Shown here: positions 9,113 to 18,390 of the stretch, in pieces | Numbering within the stretch: the stretch's first letter is position 1 | How the letters are laid out: every line of letters begins with the position of its first letter | IMG/VR virus record: IMGVR_UViG_3300044720_000010 | Coordinates: 1 to 57,406 of that record | From: a virus | Taxonomy: Duplodnaviria; Caudoviricetes | Reading direction: 5' to 3' (one strand) | Length of the DNA: 57,406 bases | Made by a program: the position numbers and the translations under genes | The notes under the pieces: generated by a model | Seen by the model: only the letters and a program-made list of their open reading frames with translations | Told to the model about the DNA's origin: nothing | Database searches by the model: none

Positions 9113-9282
9113 CCCTATTGGAACTAGATGAAATAGTTGCCGAACACCTTAAAGGCGCCGATCCTGCTTCTATACAAGGCATCATCCGAGAAGCCTTACA
9201 TCATATGTATGAGGCTGCAAAACGTGGCGAACGGGTTTGCCTAGGGGATCACGGAGAAATTCGTTTTATGAAATTAAAATGA
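9109..9282 (+). CDS. 57-aa HU/IHF-like protein lacking DNA-binding arms (not in ORF track)
   Basis: MTLLELDEIVAEHLKGADPASIQGIIREALHHMYEAAKRGERVCLGDHGEIRFMKLK; ATGA overlaps with both xis and int. Confidence 0.6.
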   Translation: MTLLELDEIVAEHLKGADPASIQGIIREALHHMYEAAKRGERVCLGDHGEIRFMKLK

Positions 9283-10385
9283 TTAGCCGGATGCGCGATG
9301 GCACCGGCCAGCGCCATTATCGCTACCTCTACGAAGATGTCGATCGGCACGGCAACGTCCGAATTTATTTCTGGCGAGGAAAACGCCAGCCGAAAATCCG
9401 GATGAAATCTCAATCCGGAACGGATGAGTTCGACCGGGAATACCGCACCGCATTCAGCGCCCAACCAGCTACAGAAAGCCTACGGGAAGGCTATACGGCG
9501 CTCGGCACCCTCCGATGGCTGTGTGAGCAATACTATGTGTCAGCGGCCTTCCAGCGGCTCGGAGACAGCACCCGTAAAGTAAGGCGGGGAATCCTTAACG
9601 ATATCTGCCAAAAAGTCGGCGCTCTCCCGTTCAAACGTATGGAGCCGCAGCACGTCGCCAAACTGCGTGACGAGAAAGCGACCGCGCCCGAAGGGGCGAA
9701 CGGTCGAGTGAAGGCGCTGCGTCAGCTATTCGAGTGGGCGACATCCCCCGAGTACCGGCATACCGATCGCAATCCAGCTCGTGAGGTTGGCTACCTTCGT
9801 AGCCACAACCCGGACGGCTTCAAAGCGTGGACGGAAGCCGACGTAACGGCGTTTGAGACGCAACACCCGATCGGTACCCAACCACGACTCGCGCTCGACC
9901 TGTTACTCTATACGGGTGTGCGTCGAAGCGACGTGGTTAGGCTTGGGCCGCAGATGGAGCGTGGCAATAAACTAGTTTTCACGGAGACTAAAGGCCGTGA
10001 TCGAGTCGTTAAGACGCATGAGCTGCCGATCCTTCCTCCCTTGCGCGTGTCGATCGACGCAACGCCAACCGGCCACCTTGTCTACCTCGCAACGGTCTAC
10101 GGCAAACCGCGTAGCGTCAAAGGGTTTGGCGGCTGGTTCAAACGGCACTGTCGAGCCGCAGGGCTAGAGGATGTATCCGCCCACGGGCTCCGCAAGCTCG
10201 GGGCTCAGCGATGCGCGGAGGCGGGTGCGACCGAATATCAGCTCATGGCGCTGTTCGGCTGGACCAGCACGAAGCAAGCCGGCGTCTACACGCGGAAAGC
10301 CAACCGAGTGCGGCTGGAGGGTGAAGCGGCACCGTTTCTTTCCCACCAGACTTTCAGTGAGAAAATTAGGCCGAAAAAGCGTTAG
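9279..10385 (+). CDS. int: Tyrosine integrase
   Basis: YTGVRRSD (R), HGLRK (H-x-x-R), FGW, Y in GVYTR. Confidence 0.95.
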   Translation: MISRMRDGTGQRHYRYLYEDVDRHGNVRIYFWRGKRQPKIRMKSQSGTDEFDREYRTAFSAQPATESLREGYTALGTLRWLCEQYYVSAAFQRLGDSTRKVRRGILNDICQKVGALPFKRMEPQHVAKLRDEKATAPEGANGRVKALRQLFEWATSPEYRHTDRNPAREVGYLRSHNPDGFKAWTEADVTAFETQHPIGTQPRLALDLLLYTGVRRSDVVRLGPQMERGNKLVFTETKGRDRVVKTHELPILPPLRVSIDATPTGHLVYLATVYGKPRSVKGFGGWFKRHCRAAGLEDVSAHGLRKLGAQRCAEAGATEYQLMALFGWTSTKQAGVYTRKANRVRLEGEAAPFLSHQTFSEKIRPKKR

Positions 10386-10520
10386 ATTTCAATGCCATTT
10401 TAGGCTGGTGGTGCCCAGGGGCGGCGGGCCGAGTTCAAGTCAGAACAACGGTTTAGCCCGAAAGTGGGAAAGAACTCGGTCCACTAGATTTCATTAGGCT
10501 TTTTACAATCTCTTTCCCAC
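10337..10520. other. attP: tRNA-Phe-like core with arm-type repeats
   Basis: 10409-10424 reverse complement is CCGCCCCTGGGCACCA (tRNA 3' end); TCTTTCCCAC at 10337 and 10511, inverted at 10464. Confidence 0.8.
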
Positions 10521-10526
10521 TCCCGA

Positions 10527-10733
10527 TCACGAGTTCTGAAGCGCCGTGTGAGCGGCTAACAGAGCTGCGTCGTACTCTGCCTGTTCGTCCGCAGTCGGCG
10601 GCACTTCGGCCGTGACGCCAGCCCAAATCTTCTTGACGCCCTCGACCACTTCGGCACCCGTGGCCACAAGGGCAGGGGCTTCCCGTAAGAGGGCCAACAG
10701 GACCGGCAACAGTTCTGCAATCGCGATACCCAT
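10527..10733 (-). CDS. Small hypothetical protein of lysis cassette
   Basis: AAGGAG RBS; hydrophobic N-terminus. Confidence 0.7.
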   Translation of the reverse strand: MGIAIAELLPVLLALLREAPALVATGAEVVEGVKKIWAGVTAEVPPTADEQAEYDAALLAAHTALQNS

Positions 10734-10750
10734 CTGAGTTCTCCTTAAGG

Positions 10751-11062
10751 CTACGGAATGGCCGAGCTGAGATCGCCGATCGCCGTGATAGCAACCCCGA
10801 GCAAGGCTTCATTGGTGCGCGCAGCCATGACAGCCCTGTACGCCACGTTGTCGAGATCCTTGATCTTCTGCTTGGTGGCCGGGTCGTGGCAAACAATCTT
10901 CACCGTGGCTGTGCAAGCCGGCAGAGACGTGTAGCGCAGCGCCAGCTTCTCAGCGAGCGTTAGCGACTGTTCGGCTGCCACAATAGTTTTGCTGACGACA
11001 GGTGACGGTGTAGTGCTACAAGCCGCCAGTGCCAGCATCGTAAACCCGACTACCCATTTCAT
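10751..11062 (-). CDS. Lipoprotein (possible spanin component)
   Basis: Lipobox LAAC; lysis cassette location. Confidence 0.7.
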   Translation of the reverse strand: MKWVVGFTMLALAACSTTPSPVVSKTIVAAEQSLTLAEKLALRYTSLPACTATVKIVCHDPATKQKIKDLDNVAYRAVMAARTNEALLGVAITAIGDLSSAIP

Positions 11063-11217
11063 TTGTCCATTTCCTTTGCCAACTCCACCACAGAGTCAAT
11101 GAGCCGGTCTGCCCGCATGTCCTCATCCTTGGTTCCGGGACCTGCATTCCAGAACCGTTTGAACTTCAAGAGCGCCTGCTTCAAGGCGGCGCGTTCGGCC
11201 GGTGTAAAGTCTATCAT
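11059..11217 (-). CDS. Small hypothetical protein
   Basis: ATGA overlaps at both ends (start MIDFTPAE). Confidence 0.5.
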   Translation of the reverse strand: MIDFTPAERAALKQALLKFKRFWNAGPGTKDEDMRADRLIDSVVELAKEMDK

Positions 11218-11927
11218 TCGACTTCTTCGAACTGACCTGTAGCCCGGTGCTGTCGGCGGAAGCCGGGCATCATAGCCCTCCTGCTTTTCAGTCCGCGACG
11301 GTCCTTCGATACCTGTGTCCATACCCCCTTCGAGTTGGTAACTGACATATAGCCACCGCTCGTGAGATCGGGACAACGACCCTTCAGATGGCGTCCAAAA
11401 TCAAAGGGCGGCAACCCACTTCTGCTGAAGTAGTTCGGCAGTACGAAGTCGGAGGCCGCGAAACCACCGATCGAGTAGGCCAACTCATCAGCTTCGACCG
11501 CATCACAAGCCTCATAAGCCGCAAGCCGGCCGTTCGCCATCTTGAAAATCCTCCGGATGTCCGGATCGAGGATTAGTTCAAGAGCTTCGTGGCTGAGCGT
11601 TGTGTGCCAGTTCAAGCCGAGCTGCATACAGTCGCCAACAAACACTCGGCTATAGGTACGAATGTTTTGGGTAGGATCGTCGTCATGCCAACCTAACGAG
11701 TCTGCATCGTTCGAGTGGCGGTTAAGAAAGATCGGCCAGCAGTCCGGAACAAGACTTGGGATATCGTGCATCCCGGCTGGCACGACTTTGATACCAGGTT
11801 CACGTAGCCGCCCCCGCCACGCTGGAATGAAGTCCCGATCGATCTGAGTCTGAAGCGGCGTTATAACGTCGTTAACTTCGGCGTCTTGTAAGAGAGGGGA
11901 TGCGTTAACCACATACAGGAATTTCAT
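11214..11927 (-). CDS. Putative zinc metallopeptidase-like protein
   Basis: LGWH and SHEALE motif followed by EACDAVE. Confidence 0.6.
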   Translation of the reverse strand: MKFLYVVNASPLLQDAEVNDVITPLQTQIDRDFIPAWRGRLREPGIKVVPAGMHDIPSLVPDCWPIFLNRHSNDADSLGWHDDDPTQNIRTYSRVFVGDCMQLGLNWHTTLSHEALELILDPDIRRIFKMANGRLAAYEACDAVEADELAYSIGGFAASDFVLPNYFSRSGLPPFDFGRHLKGRCPDLTSGGYMSVTNSKGVWTQVSKDRRGLKSRRAMMPGFRRQHRATGQFEEVE

Positions 11928-11953
11928 TTTACTGTCTCCAAGGGCCGGTTAAA

Positions 11954-12886
11954 TCACGCCACCGATCCGTTGTGTGGCGAGACCGGCGGATACCCGTTCT
12001 GCGGTGGATAAGGATAGTGTGGCGGATGAGCTTTGCTGTATGCGACGGCCACTCCTGCGCCAGCGATCAGGACTGTCACCAACGCGATAAGATAGAACAT
12101 TACGTTGGTCTGTCCTGTGTCGGTTCCCGTGCTAGCCGCCTGCCTTTGATTGAGCTTGTCCACCGCAGAAATCAGATTAGTCATCGCGGGATCTTGGAAC
12201 GCCTGCTTTCCTCGCCCTTCGGAAAGTGATTGTTCGATAGTGGTAAGGCGCTTGCCAACATCTGAAAACTGCTGCTGCTGGTTTGCCAATGCCGTCGCCG
12301 CCGTAGTCGCCACCAACGCCCGCAGATCATCCGCCAAGCGCGATTGCTGCGTTCGCAGAGCCTCGGCGATCGAGGTAGTCTGTGCCTGTAGAGTGGCCGC
12401 CTGTTCCGAGGTGCGTCTTGCCTGCTCAGTAACGGCAGCCACGTCGGTAGAGCGAATGGCGTTGATGCGGTCTTTTTCCGCTATCTGTATTTCTTTCCCT
12501 AACTCAGCACGCATTTTAGCGAGATCGTCCGCGCGGTCTGATGATGCCTTCAGCATTTCAAGCGAATGCTGGTAGCGAACCTCGCTGAGCCTATCGATGG
12601 ACTTCAGTTGGGTGTCGGTAAGTCTGTCTCCCAACGCGCGAATATCGTCCTGACGTTTCTCGACCAAAGCCCTGATGTCGTCTTGGCGCTTGAGGCCCTG
12701 TTCGTTCAGCGCTTTGACATTCTCACTCGGATCAATGCTTGCGTTGTTGCCCTTATTATCCCGTCCAGCGGCGCCCCTCTCTCCGGGAGGCCCCGTCTGG
12801 CCGTCAGATTGCGTCTGCGCCAATACGCCGGGGCATTGAAGTGCGATACCTCCGATAAGTGCGGCAGCGATCAATAGTTTCATCAC
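11954..12886 (-). CDS. Coiled-coil membrane protein
   Basis: Signal peptide, short Gly-X-Y run, long coiled coil, C-terminal TM and Pro-rich tail. Confidence 0.7.
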   Translation of the reverse strand: MMKLLIAAALIGGIALQCPGVLAQTQSDGQTGPPGERGAAGRDNKGNNASIDPSENVKALNEQGLKRQDDIRALVEKRQDDIRALGDRLTDTQLKSIDRLSEVRYQHSLEMLKASSDRADDLAKMRAELGKEIQIAEKDRINAIRSTDVAAVTEQARRTSEQAATLQAQTTSIAEALRTQQSRLADDLRALVATTAATALANQQQQFSDVGKRLTTIEQSLSEGRGKQAFQDPAMTNLISAVDKLNQRQAASTGTDTGQTNVMFYLIALVTVLIAGAGVAVAYSKAHPPHYPYPPQNGYPPVSPHNGSVA

Positions 12887-13036
12887 TTACAGCCTGTGGC
12901 CGAGAAGCAGGTACAGCACCAGCACGATCAGCAGAATGCCTACAATCCCGATGCCGCCGTTATACCCCCAGCGGGAGTAGCCCACACCACCCCCGAACAG
13001 CAACACCAGCACCAGAACAATAAGAATCAGCTCCAC
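12887..13036 (-). CDS. DUF3309-like small two-TM protein (not in ORF track)
   Basis: MELILIVLVLVLLFGGGVGYSRWGYNGGIGIVGILLIVLVLYLLLGHRL; GGGAG RBS. Confidence 0.7.
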   Translation of the reverse strand: MELILIVLVLVLLFGGGVGYSRWGYNGGIGIVGILLIVLVLYLLLGHRL

Positions 13037-13037
13037 A

Positions 13038-13517
13038 TCAAACTCCCGTGTGACGGGCTGCCTCAACCCGGTTCAAGTCTGCCGTCGCGACAATATCTGC
13101 CGTCACATCAACCGGCGTCATCGGGGGCACCGCTATGGGTGGGGGTGAGGCCGACACAGCAAGGTTTGTCGCGATCTCTCCGAGGCCGATCTGTGCGACG
13201 ATCTTGTTGGCGATAACCTCGGGCGTCTGCCCAAACCGCTCGACCGCCTCGCTGGCGTTGTCGAGAACATATTGAACGCCAGGAACAAGGCTTTGCGGTA
13301 TTAACCCTGTGACGAGCTTTGGATCGGCCGTAAGCACCATATTCTGTGCGCCCTGCTGAACCGCTCCAAGGGAGTTCTTGACGGCGTTCTCCAACACTTT
13401 GCGGAGCTGTGCATCCTTCACATGAGAGTTAATGAACGCCACAGCAACGGCCGCGATGACAGTGCCGGCCGTCCCGATAAGCGCGATAAGGATTTGAGTG
13501 AACGAGATCGTTTCCAT
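13038..13517 (-). CDS. Putative holin
   Basis: Single N-terminal TM; directly downstream of endolysin. Confidence 0.55.
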   Translation of the reverse strand: METISFTQILIALIGTAGTVIAAVAVAFINSHVKDAQLRKVLENAVKNSLGAVQQGAQNMVLTADPKLVTGLIPQSLVPGVQYVLDNASEAVERFGQTPEVIANKIVAQIGLGEIATNLAVSASPPPIAVPPMTPVDVTADIVATADLNRVEAARHTGV

Positions 13518-13518
13518 G

Positions 13519-14298
13519 TCACTTCCCATCCAAATAAAGGCTCAACGCCAGTTGTGAAGCGGAGCCGAAGTCACTGTCGATCTGGCCACGGTAGAAACCC
13601 TTGTCGCGGAGGAACGTTTGAAGCTTCCGTGACGCCTCCCGGTAGGCCGTGACGACTTCCTCATCCTCGGGCGGTGGCGCCTCCACCTTCGGCGCGTCCT
13701 CGGGGTGAGCATCTTCCTGATAGTCGAACTCTCCGCTTTTCTTGAACCGATCGAAGTAATCGTTCTTACGCTTATCGATGTCGGGAGTGTTGTTCCCGAC
13801 TGCCTTCTTCATCGCCGGCCAGCCGCCGTGCTTGTAGCGCCAGCGCATGTATCCGACCGCAATAGCCGCCGACACGTCGGGCCGGTTGGCTAGGTCCGGA
13901 TCGTTGACGATCGCGTGCCCCGTCAGCTCTTGCAGCTTGACGTAATTCGACCGCCCGGTTAGCTGCAACACAGTACGGCCCCGGTAGCGCCACCCGTCAT
14001 CGGGCTCGGTGTTGCCGAGGTTCTTCCGGCCCCACTCGCCGCCGTAGACGAAGTTGAAGTACTCCTCGGGGCGCTTTTTCATCACGTCGATCTGTGCATC
14101 CGACAGACCCGACACGCGAGCGCCAAAGATGGCGCGGATACGAGCTGTGCTGGTGCCGCCGTACCCCGTCTCGCTACGTGGCTGAAGGGCGCTCTCGCCC
14201 ATCGCAATAGCCGCGATACCGGCGCGCAACTCGTTATCGGTGACGCCCTGCCGGTCCATTTCGGCGCGTAGAATCTCGAACGACTCTTTTTCGGTCAC
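13519..14298 (-). CDS. Endolysin, GH19 family, with C-terminal PG-binding-like domain
   Basis: NLGNTEPDDGWRYRGRTVLQLTGRSNY; C-terminal LQTFL..GFYRGQIDSDFG. Confidence 0.88.
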   Translation of the reverse strand: MTEKESFEILRAEMDRQGVTDNELRAGIAAIAMGESALQPRSETGYGGTSTARIRAIFGARVSGLSDAQIDVMKKRPEEYFNFVYGGEWGRKNLGNTEPDDGWRYRGRTVLQLTGRSNYVKLQELTGHAIVNDPDLANRPDVSAAIAVGYMRWRYKHGGWPAMKKAVGNNTPDIDKRKNDYFDRFKKSGEFDYQEDAHPEDAPKVEAPPPEDEEVVTAYREASRKLQTFLRDKGFYRGQIDSDFGSASQLALSLYLDGK

Positions 14299-14301
14299 GG
14301 C

Positions 14302-14613
14302 TTACCCTCCGTTCATCTTGTCCTTGTCAAGCAGCAGCAATGGCTGGACTACCTGCGTATACGGGAACACGCCTTTCTTGCGACCGCTCGCGTCGTAGTG
14401 GTCAAGCAACAAGGCTTTCATCCGGCCGAACAAATCATCAAACGCCCTCTCGGCCGCCGCTCGCGTCGGGTGCTCTTGACGCATCGCGTTGATAATAATG
14501 TTGGCCGCTGCACCGTTCACACTATCCCGTGGAAAGCCGTGAGCCACTAGGCGCATGGCGTTTAACAGCTCTCGTTGGGCTTCCGGCCCAGTCTTGGAGA
14601 GTGGGTCACTCAT
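14302..14613 (-). CDS. Hypothetical protein
   Basis: ATGA overlap with upstream gene. Confidence 0.6.
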   Translation of the reverse strand: MSDPLSKTGPEAQRELLNAMRLVAHGFPRDSVNGAAANIIINAMRQEHPTRAAAERAFDDLFGRMKALLLDHYDASGRKKGVFPYTQVVQPLLLLDKDKMNGG

Positions 14614-15026
14614 AGGAGTATTCCGCTCGCGTGCCACTGTATTACAACGTCCCCTCCGTTGGGAGTCAGCGGCAGCCCGGTAACGCCCGTGTCTTCAAAC
14701 AGCACCAACTTCCATGTGGTGTTGGCGCCGCCGTTGTGCCGGTAGATGACGATTGCCTCCACGGACGCTCCAGTGACAGCGGTAAAGGTCACATCCGCAC
14801 CGTCGAACAGTCCGTTGCCAGCCACGGTTGGCGTAACAATTCGACCGGGCGTTCCTACGATCCCCGACAAATCGTTGTAGAAGTCGTGAGCCGCGCTGTA
14901 GATGTAGGTGCCCGTGTCGATCAGGGCCGCGTAAGGGCCGTTTGTAGTATCGTCCTGATCGAGCGAGACGTTGGCTGCGGCGGTTCGAAGGAACCCTTTA
15001 TAGGTCGGAAAGACTTGGTTACTCAC
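14610..15026 (-). CDS. Small beta-rich virion/fibre subunit
   Basis: FDGADVTF...LPLTPNGGDVVIQW pattern typical of phage structural proteins; AGGAG RBS; follows tail tip gene. Confidence 0.65.
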   Translation of the reverse strand: MSNQVFPTYKGFLRTAAANVSLDQDDTTNGPYAALIDTGTYIYSAAHDFYNDLSGIVGTPGRIVTPTVAGNGLFDGADVTFTAVTGASVEAIVIYRHNGGANTTWKLVLFEDTGVTGLPLTPNGGDVVIQWHASGILL

Positions 15027-15036
15027 AGGGCTTCTC

Positions 15037-18000
15037 CTAGTTGTGTTTGAAGGTGGCGATTACCGCTTGCTCTCTAGCCGCCGTGGTCCAAGTCCATGTC
15101 GGGTTCCTGGCTGTAGCGGCAGTTTGTACCTCGTAAGCAAGGGCGATGGCAAACGCTACGCCGGGAGCCAAGGCGAGCTGGTCCGTGATTGTACCGACGT
15201 TCACCGATGCCGTAGTAGTTCTGGCATCCCCGAGACCGAATATGATTAGCTCGTTGTCCTGAGTCGGCGTGACACTGTTTGGCTGTAGCGTCGTGGCAGA
15301 AGCCGTCTTGTTGCCGTTTTCGGCGTCAAATATGCCACCATTCGAGAACGCGGCTACCGCGAGGGCGGGGAAGTGACCGCTGGTGTTGTGCGTAAATGTG
15401 TGGCCGCTTCCGACTGTCGGACTTACAACGTAATGCAGTTGGGTCCGACCGCCGCCGCTCCCGGAATCCTGTAAGGTCAAGTGGCTCCACGTATTGCCTT
15501 TGCTGTCCGATATCGCCGTGTTGTCTCCGTTGTCGCACGTAACCATGACAAGCAGAGTGGCGCCTGTCGTGTCGATCGCCGAGGAGGTTACGTTGGACCC
15601 GCCCGTGGTTTGAGCAACGACGTGGGCAATAAGCGTGATCGGTTGGAAGAACGTTGGCCCGTAGAACGTATCGTCCTCGGTCACAAGACCCGGCAATAGC
15701 GTTATTGTACCGGGGACCACTGTGGGAGCGTAGAACGTGTCATCCTCGGTCACGAGGCCCGCCAGTAACGTGCCGCTGCTACTGGTGATCGGATTGTAGA
15801 TGGTGTCGGTGTCGGCGATGAGCCCCGGCAGCAGGTATGCCGACCCCATTGACGCGGTTGGCCCGTAGAACGTATCGTCCTCGGTCACAAGACCCGGCAA
15901 TAGCACCAACAGTTCGTGCGCGATCGTCCACGGCAGGAAGACGTCTGCCTCCGTCAACAGCTCCGGTGATAGTGTGGCTACCCCCATTGTCACTGTTGGC
16001 GGGTAGAAGGTATCCGACTCCCCGAACAACGACGGATACAGCCTGCGTGCAACCAAGTCTGGAGCGTAGAACGTGTCCGTCTCAGTGAACAGACCGGGCA
16101 GCAGGTGGGTCGCACCCCGCGCAACAACAGGTACGAAGAACGTGTCTGTCTCGGTGAACAGTTCCGGCTCTAAGGTTATATCTCCGACGAAAAGCGTCCA
16201 ACGATACTTCTGCCATGACACATAGATGTCCCGAACCGATTCAAGCTCGAAAGTAAGGCGAGAGATCGAGCCGTCTGTGGCAAACATCGCATTAGTGTAT
16301 GTCCATGTGTCCGCCGAGATTCCGGCCACGGTTCGTAGTAATGTTACGCCGTTATAAACTCGGATCGTGTAGGTGGTCCCGGCTTCCGGACCTGTGCTAA
16401 CAGCTTCGTGTTCAAGCAGAAAGTTTCCCTGCGTAATTCGATCGCGATGAGCCCATGTAAAGACAATATCGGCCCCTGCTGCGGTGCCGGTGGTAACGTC
16501 GGCAAAAGGCGTACCGTTGATCTGAAAGTTGCCCGGTGGGTAAGGCCGGCCCTGCCTCCCGCCAATATCGATATCATCGATCGGCGCATCATCCATCGGC
16601 AGCTTGTCGGTACTGGTACGTGTCAGCAGCTTGACGAATACCGTTTCACCGCTGGCGTACTCCCGACCATCGCCTGCCGGCATCGCCGTCTCAAACCATA
16701 CAACAACACTAGCGTCGTGCGGTGCTGGCAAGGTGTCAGCGACACCCCTGGCCACGGTGGCTGTTCCTGCTTCCGTGTCGATGGCGTCTACTCGCATGTA
16801 CTCATCGTCAATGAGTACCGCCGAACCGACTTCGATTTCCGAAGCGATGTCGAACAGCGAAGTGATAGCGGTGATCGACAAACCCGTGTCGTAGTAGCCA
16901 ATCGGATCTACCAGCTCATAAACCGGGTCCCACGAGTTAATGCCTCGCTCGACCCAATCCTCTGCGCCAACCTTGCTGGCGATCACGTAGTCTTGGGAGT
17001 CAGAGTTGGGTGGTTGGGCGAAGACCTTGATCGAGCCCGAATCAGGTTGGACCGTTGCCAGATTTGCCGCTGTAAGGTTCTCAGCGAGATCCTTGTACGT
17101 CATTTCCTCGATACGTCGCACATCTACGACATGCGCAGTACGATCGGGCGGAATCCACGCTGAAGGCTCAACCGAAACAAAGCTGGCCACGTCTAGTGAG
17201 AACACATCTTCTACCGCCGTGATCGTGATCGAGCCGTCGCTTGCCTCATCTATGCGACCGGCACGCAACACCAGCTCGTGAATGCCTCGGCTATGCGCGC
17301 TTATCCGGAAGGCGCCACCTGGCGGAATCGCCCACGCTGCGCGATCGAGCTTGACTGTCAGCCGGCGCAGCTCTCGCGATTGCATTTCGACATCGCGTTG
17401 GGCCAGCCGCAGAGCGAGATCGGCTGTCGGACAGCCAGGATACTCAACCGATGTGCTTATCGTGACACCGAGAGACTGGATAGACGCGAGATCCTGAACG
17501 CGGACTTGCCCATCTTCATCAGTGAGCGGGTCGTGATAGGTCACAACCACTTCGTTGAAACTGGTGTCCGTCGCCGACGACTGATCCTCGCTGATGTCGA
17601 GCAAGCCGGAATTGAAGTCGAACAGCGGCAAGGCTTCAACGGTGTAATCTTTTCGGATTAGCTTTAGCGTCAACAGCCCGGTCGTGCGGTCGATGTATAT
17701 GACACCGCCGATGTGGTTGATGACGGTCTGAACGAATTTATCTATGTCGTCTTCCCGGTTCCACCGGAGACAGAGGCCGAACCCTTCGTCGAACAGGATG
17801 TCCGCTGCTGCTGTGAAAGCTGAATCATCGATCAATGCGGCGGGAAGCCCTCTACCCCACGCCCGGTTGGTAGCGCACTCGTAGATGATGTGAGCCGGGT
17901 TCATCGCGTGGATATCGCTGTCCGGACCCATAAGGATGCGACAGGTATCGATGTTCCAGGGCTCGTTCCTATCCCATCCTGCCGTGTAGCGCCTGACGCG

Positions 18001-18390
18001 CATTTTCCACGGCTTCGGGTAAGGGTTGTTCGACGTGACCCGCCCGTAATAGAACAGGCTCGTAACCCCCCGCCAAGCCGGCCTGAGTCCCGGTAGATGA
18101 TCGTTGATGATCGTGGGCACCGTTTGGTCTGCGGCGCCCATGAGTACCGCTAGGGTGCCCTTAATGCCCCCTTCTTTATCATCCCCGCCGAACAGGTCGG
18201 GCTTGTTGATGTCGAAGATTACGTTGTCGAGAACCTGCCCCGGAGGGTCGATGGCGCCGTTCCACGCCAGGATATCGCCTACCTTGATTGCGACCAGCTC
18301 ATTCACCGGGCCGCGCGACACGCCCATGTGGATCGACATGTAGTAGCGGTAGCCAACAACCTGACTCGTGCCGCCTGACTTGCTAGCCAT
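15037..18390 (-). CDS. Tail tip/host-specificity protein with C-terminal repeat extension
   Basis: VGYRYYM, PAWRG, NNPYPKPW, MNPAHIIYE motifs of Chi/GTA-type tail tip proteins. Confidence 0.88.
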   Translation of the reverse strand: MASKSGGTSQVVGYRYYMSIHMGVSRGPVNELVAIKVGDILAWNGAIDPPGQVLDNVIFDINKPDLFGGDDKEGGIKGTLAVLMGAADQTVPTIINDHLPGLRPAWRGVTSLFYYGRVTSNNPYPKPWKMRVRRYTAGWDRNEPWNIDTCRILMGPDSDIHAMNPAHIIYECATNRAWGRGLPAALIDDSAFTAAADILFDEGFGLCLRWNREDDIDKFVQTVINHIGGVIYIDRTTGLLTLKLIRKDYTVEALPLFDFNSGLLDISEDQSSATDTSFNEVVVTYHDPLTDEDGQVRVQDLASIQSLGVTISTSVEYPGCPTADLALRLAQRDVEMQSRELRRLTVKLDRAAWAIPPGGAFRISAHSRGIHELVLRAGRIDEASDGSITITAVEDVFSLDVASFVSVEPSAWIPPDRTAHVVDVRRIEEMTYKDLAENLTAANLATVQPDSGSIKVFAQPPNSDSQDYVIASKVGAEDWVERGINSWDPVYELVDPIGYYDTGLSITAITSLFDIASEIEVGSAVLIDDEYMRVDAIDTEAGTATVARGVADTLPAPHDASVVVWFETAMPAGDGREYASGETVFVKLLTRTSTDKLPMDDAPIDDIDIGGRQGRPYPPGNFQINGTPFADVTTGTAAGADIVFTWAHRDRITQGNFLLEHEAVSTGPEAGTTYTIRVYNGVTLLRTVAGISADTWTYTNAMFATDGSISRLTFELESVRDIYVSWQKYRWTLFVGDITLEPELFTETDTFFVPVVARGATHLLPGLFTETDTFYAPDLVARRLYPSLFGESDTFYPPTVTMGVATLSPELLTEADVFLPWTIAHELLVLLPGLVTEDDTFYGPTASMGSAYLLPGLIADTDTIYNPITSSSGTLLAGLVTEDDTFYAPTVVPGTITLLPGLVTEDDTFYGPTFFQPITLIAHVVAQTTGGSNVTSSAIDTTGATLLVMVTCDNGDNTAISDSKGNTWSHLTLQDSGSGGGRTQLHYVVSPTVGSGHTFTHNTSGHFPALAVAAFSNGGIFDAENGNKTASATTLQPNSVTPTQDNELIIFGLGDARTTTASVNVGTITDQLALAPGVAFAIALAYEVQTAATARNPTWTWTTAAREQAVIATFKHN
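15650..16180 (-). repeat. Eight ~22-23 aa repeats LxPxLxTExDTFYxPT
   Basis: Visible in translation; identical 48-bp copies at 15653-15700 and 15857-15904. Confidence 0.85.

Noticed and set aside
10409-10424. tRNA gene
   Set aside because: Only the last 16 nt are present; no D or anticodon arm, so it is an att core
15653-15904. DGR or invertase-driven tail variation
   Set aside because: Direct, identical, in-frame repeats; no RT or serine invertase present
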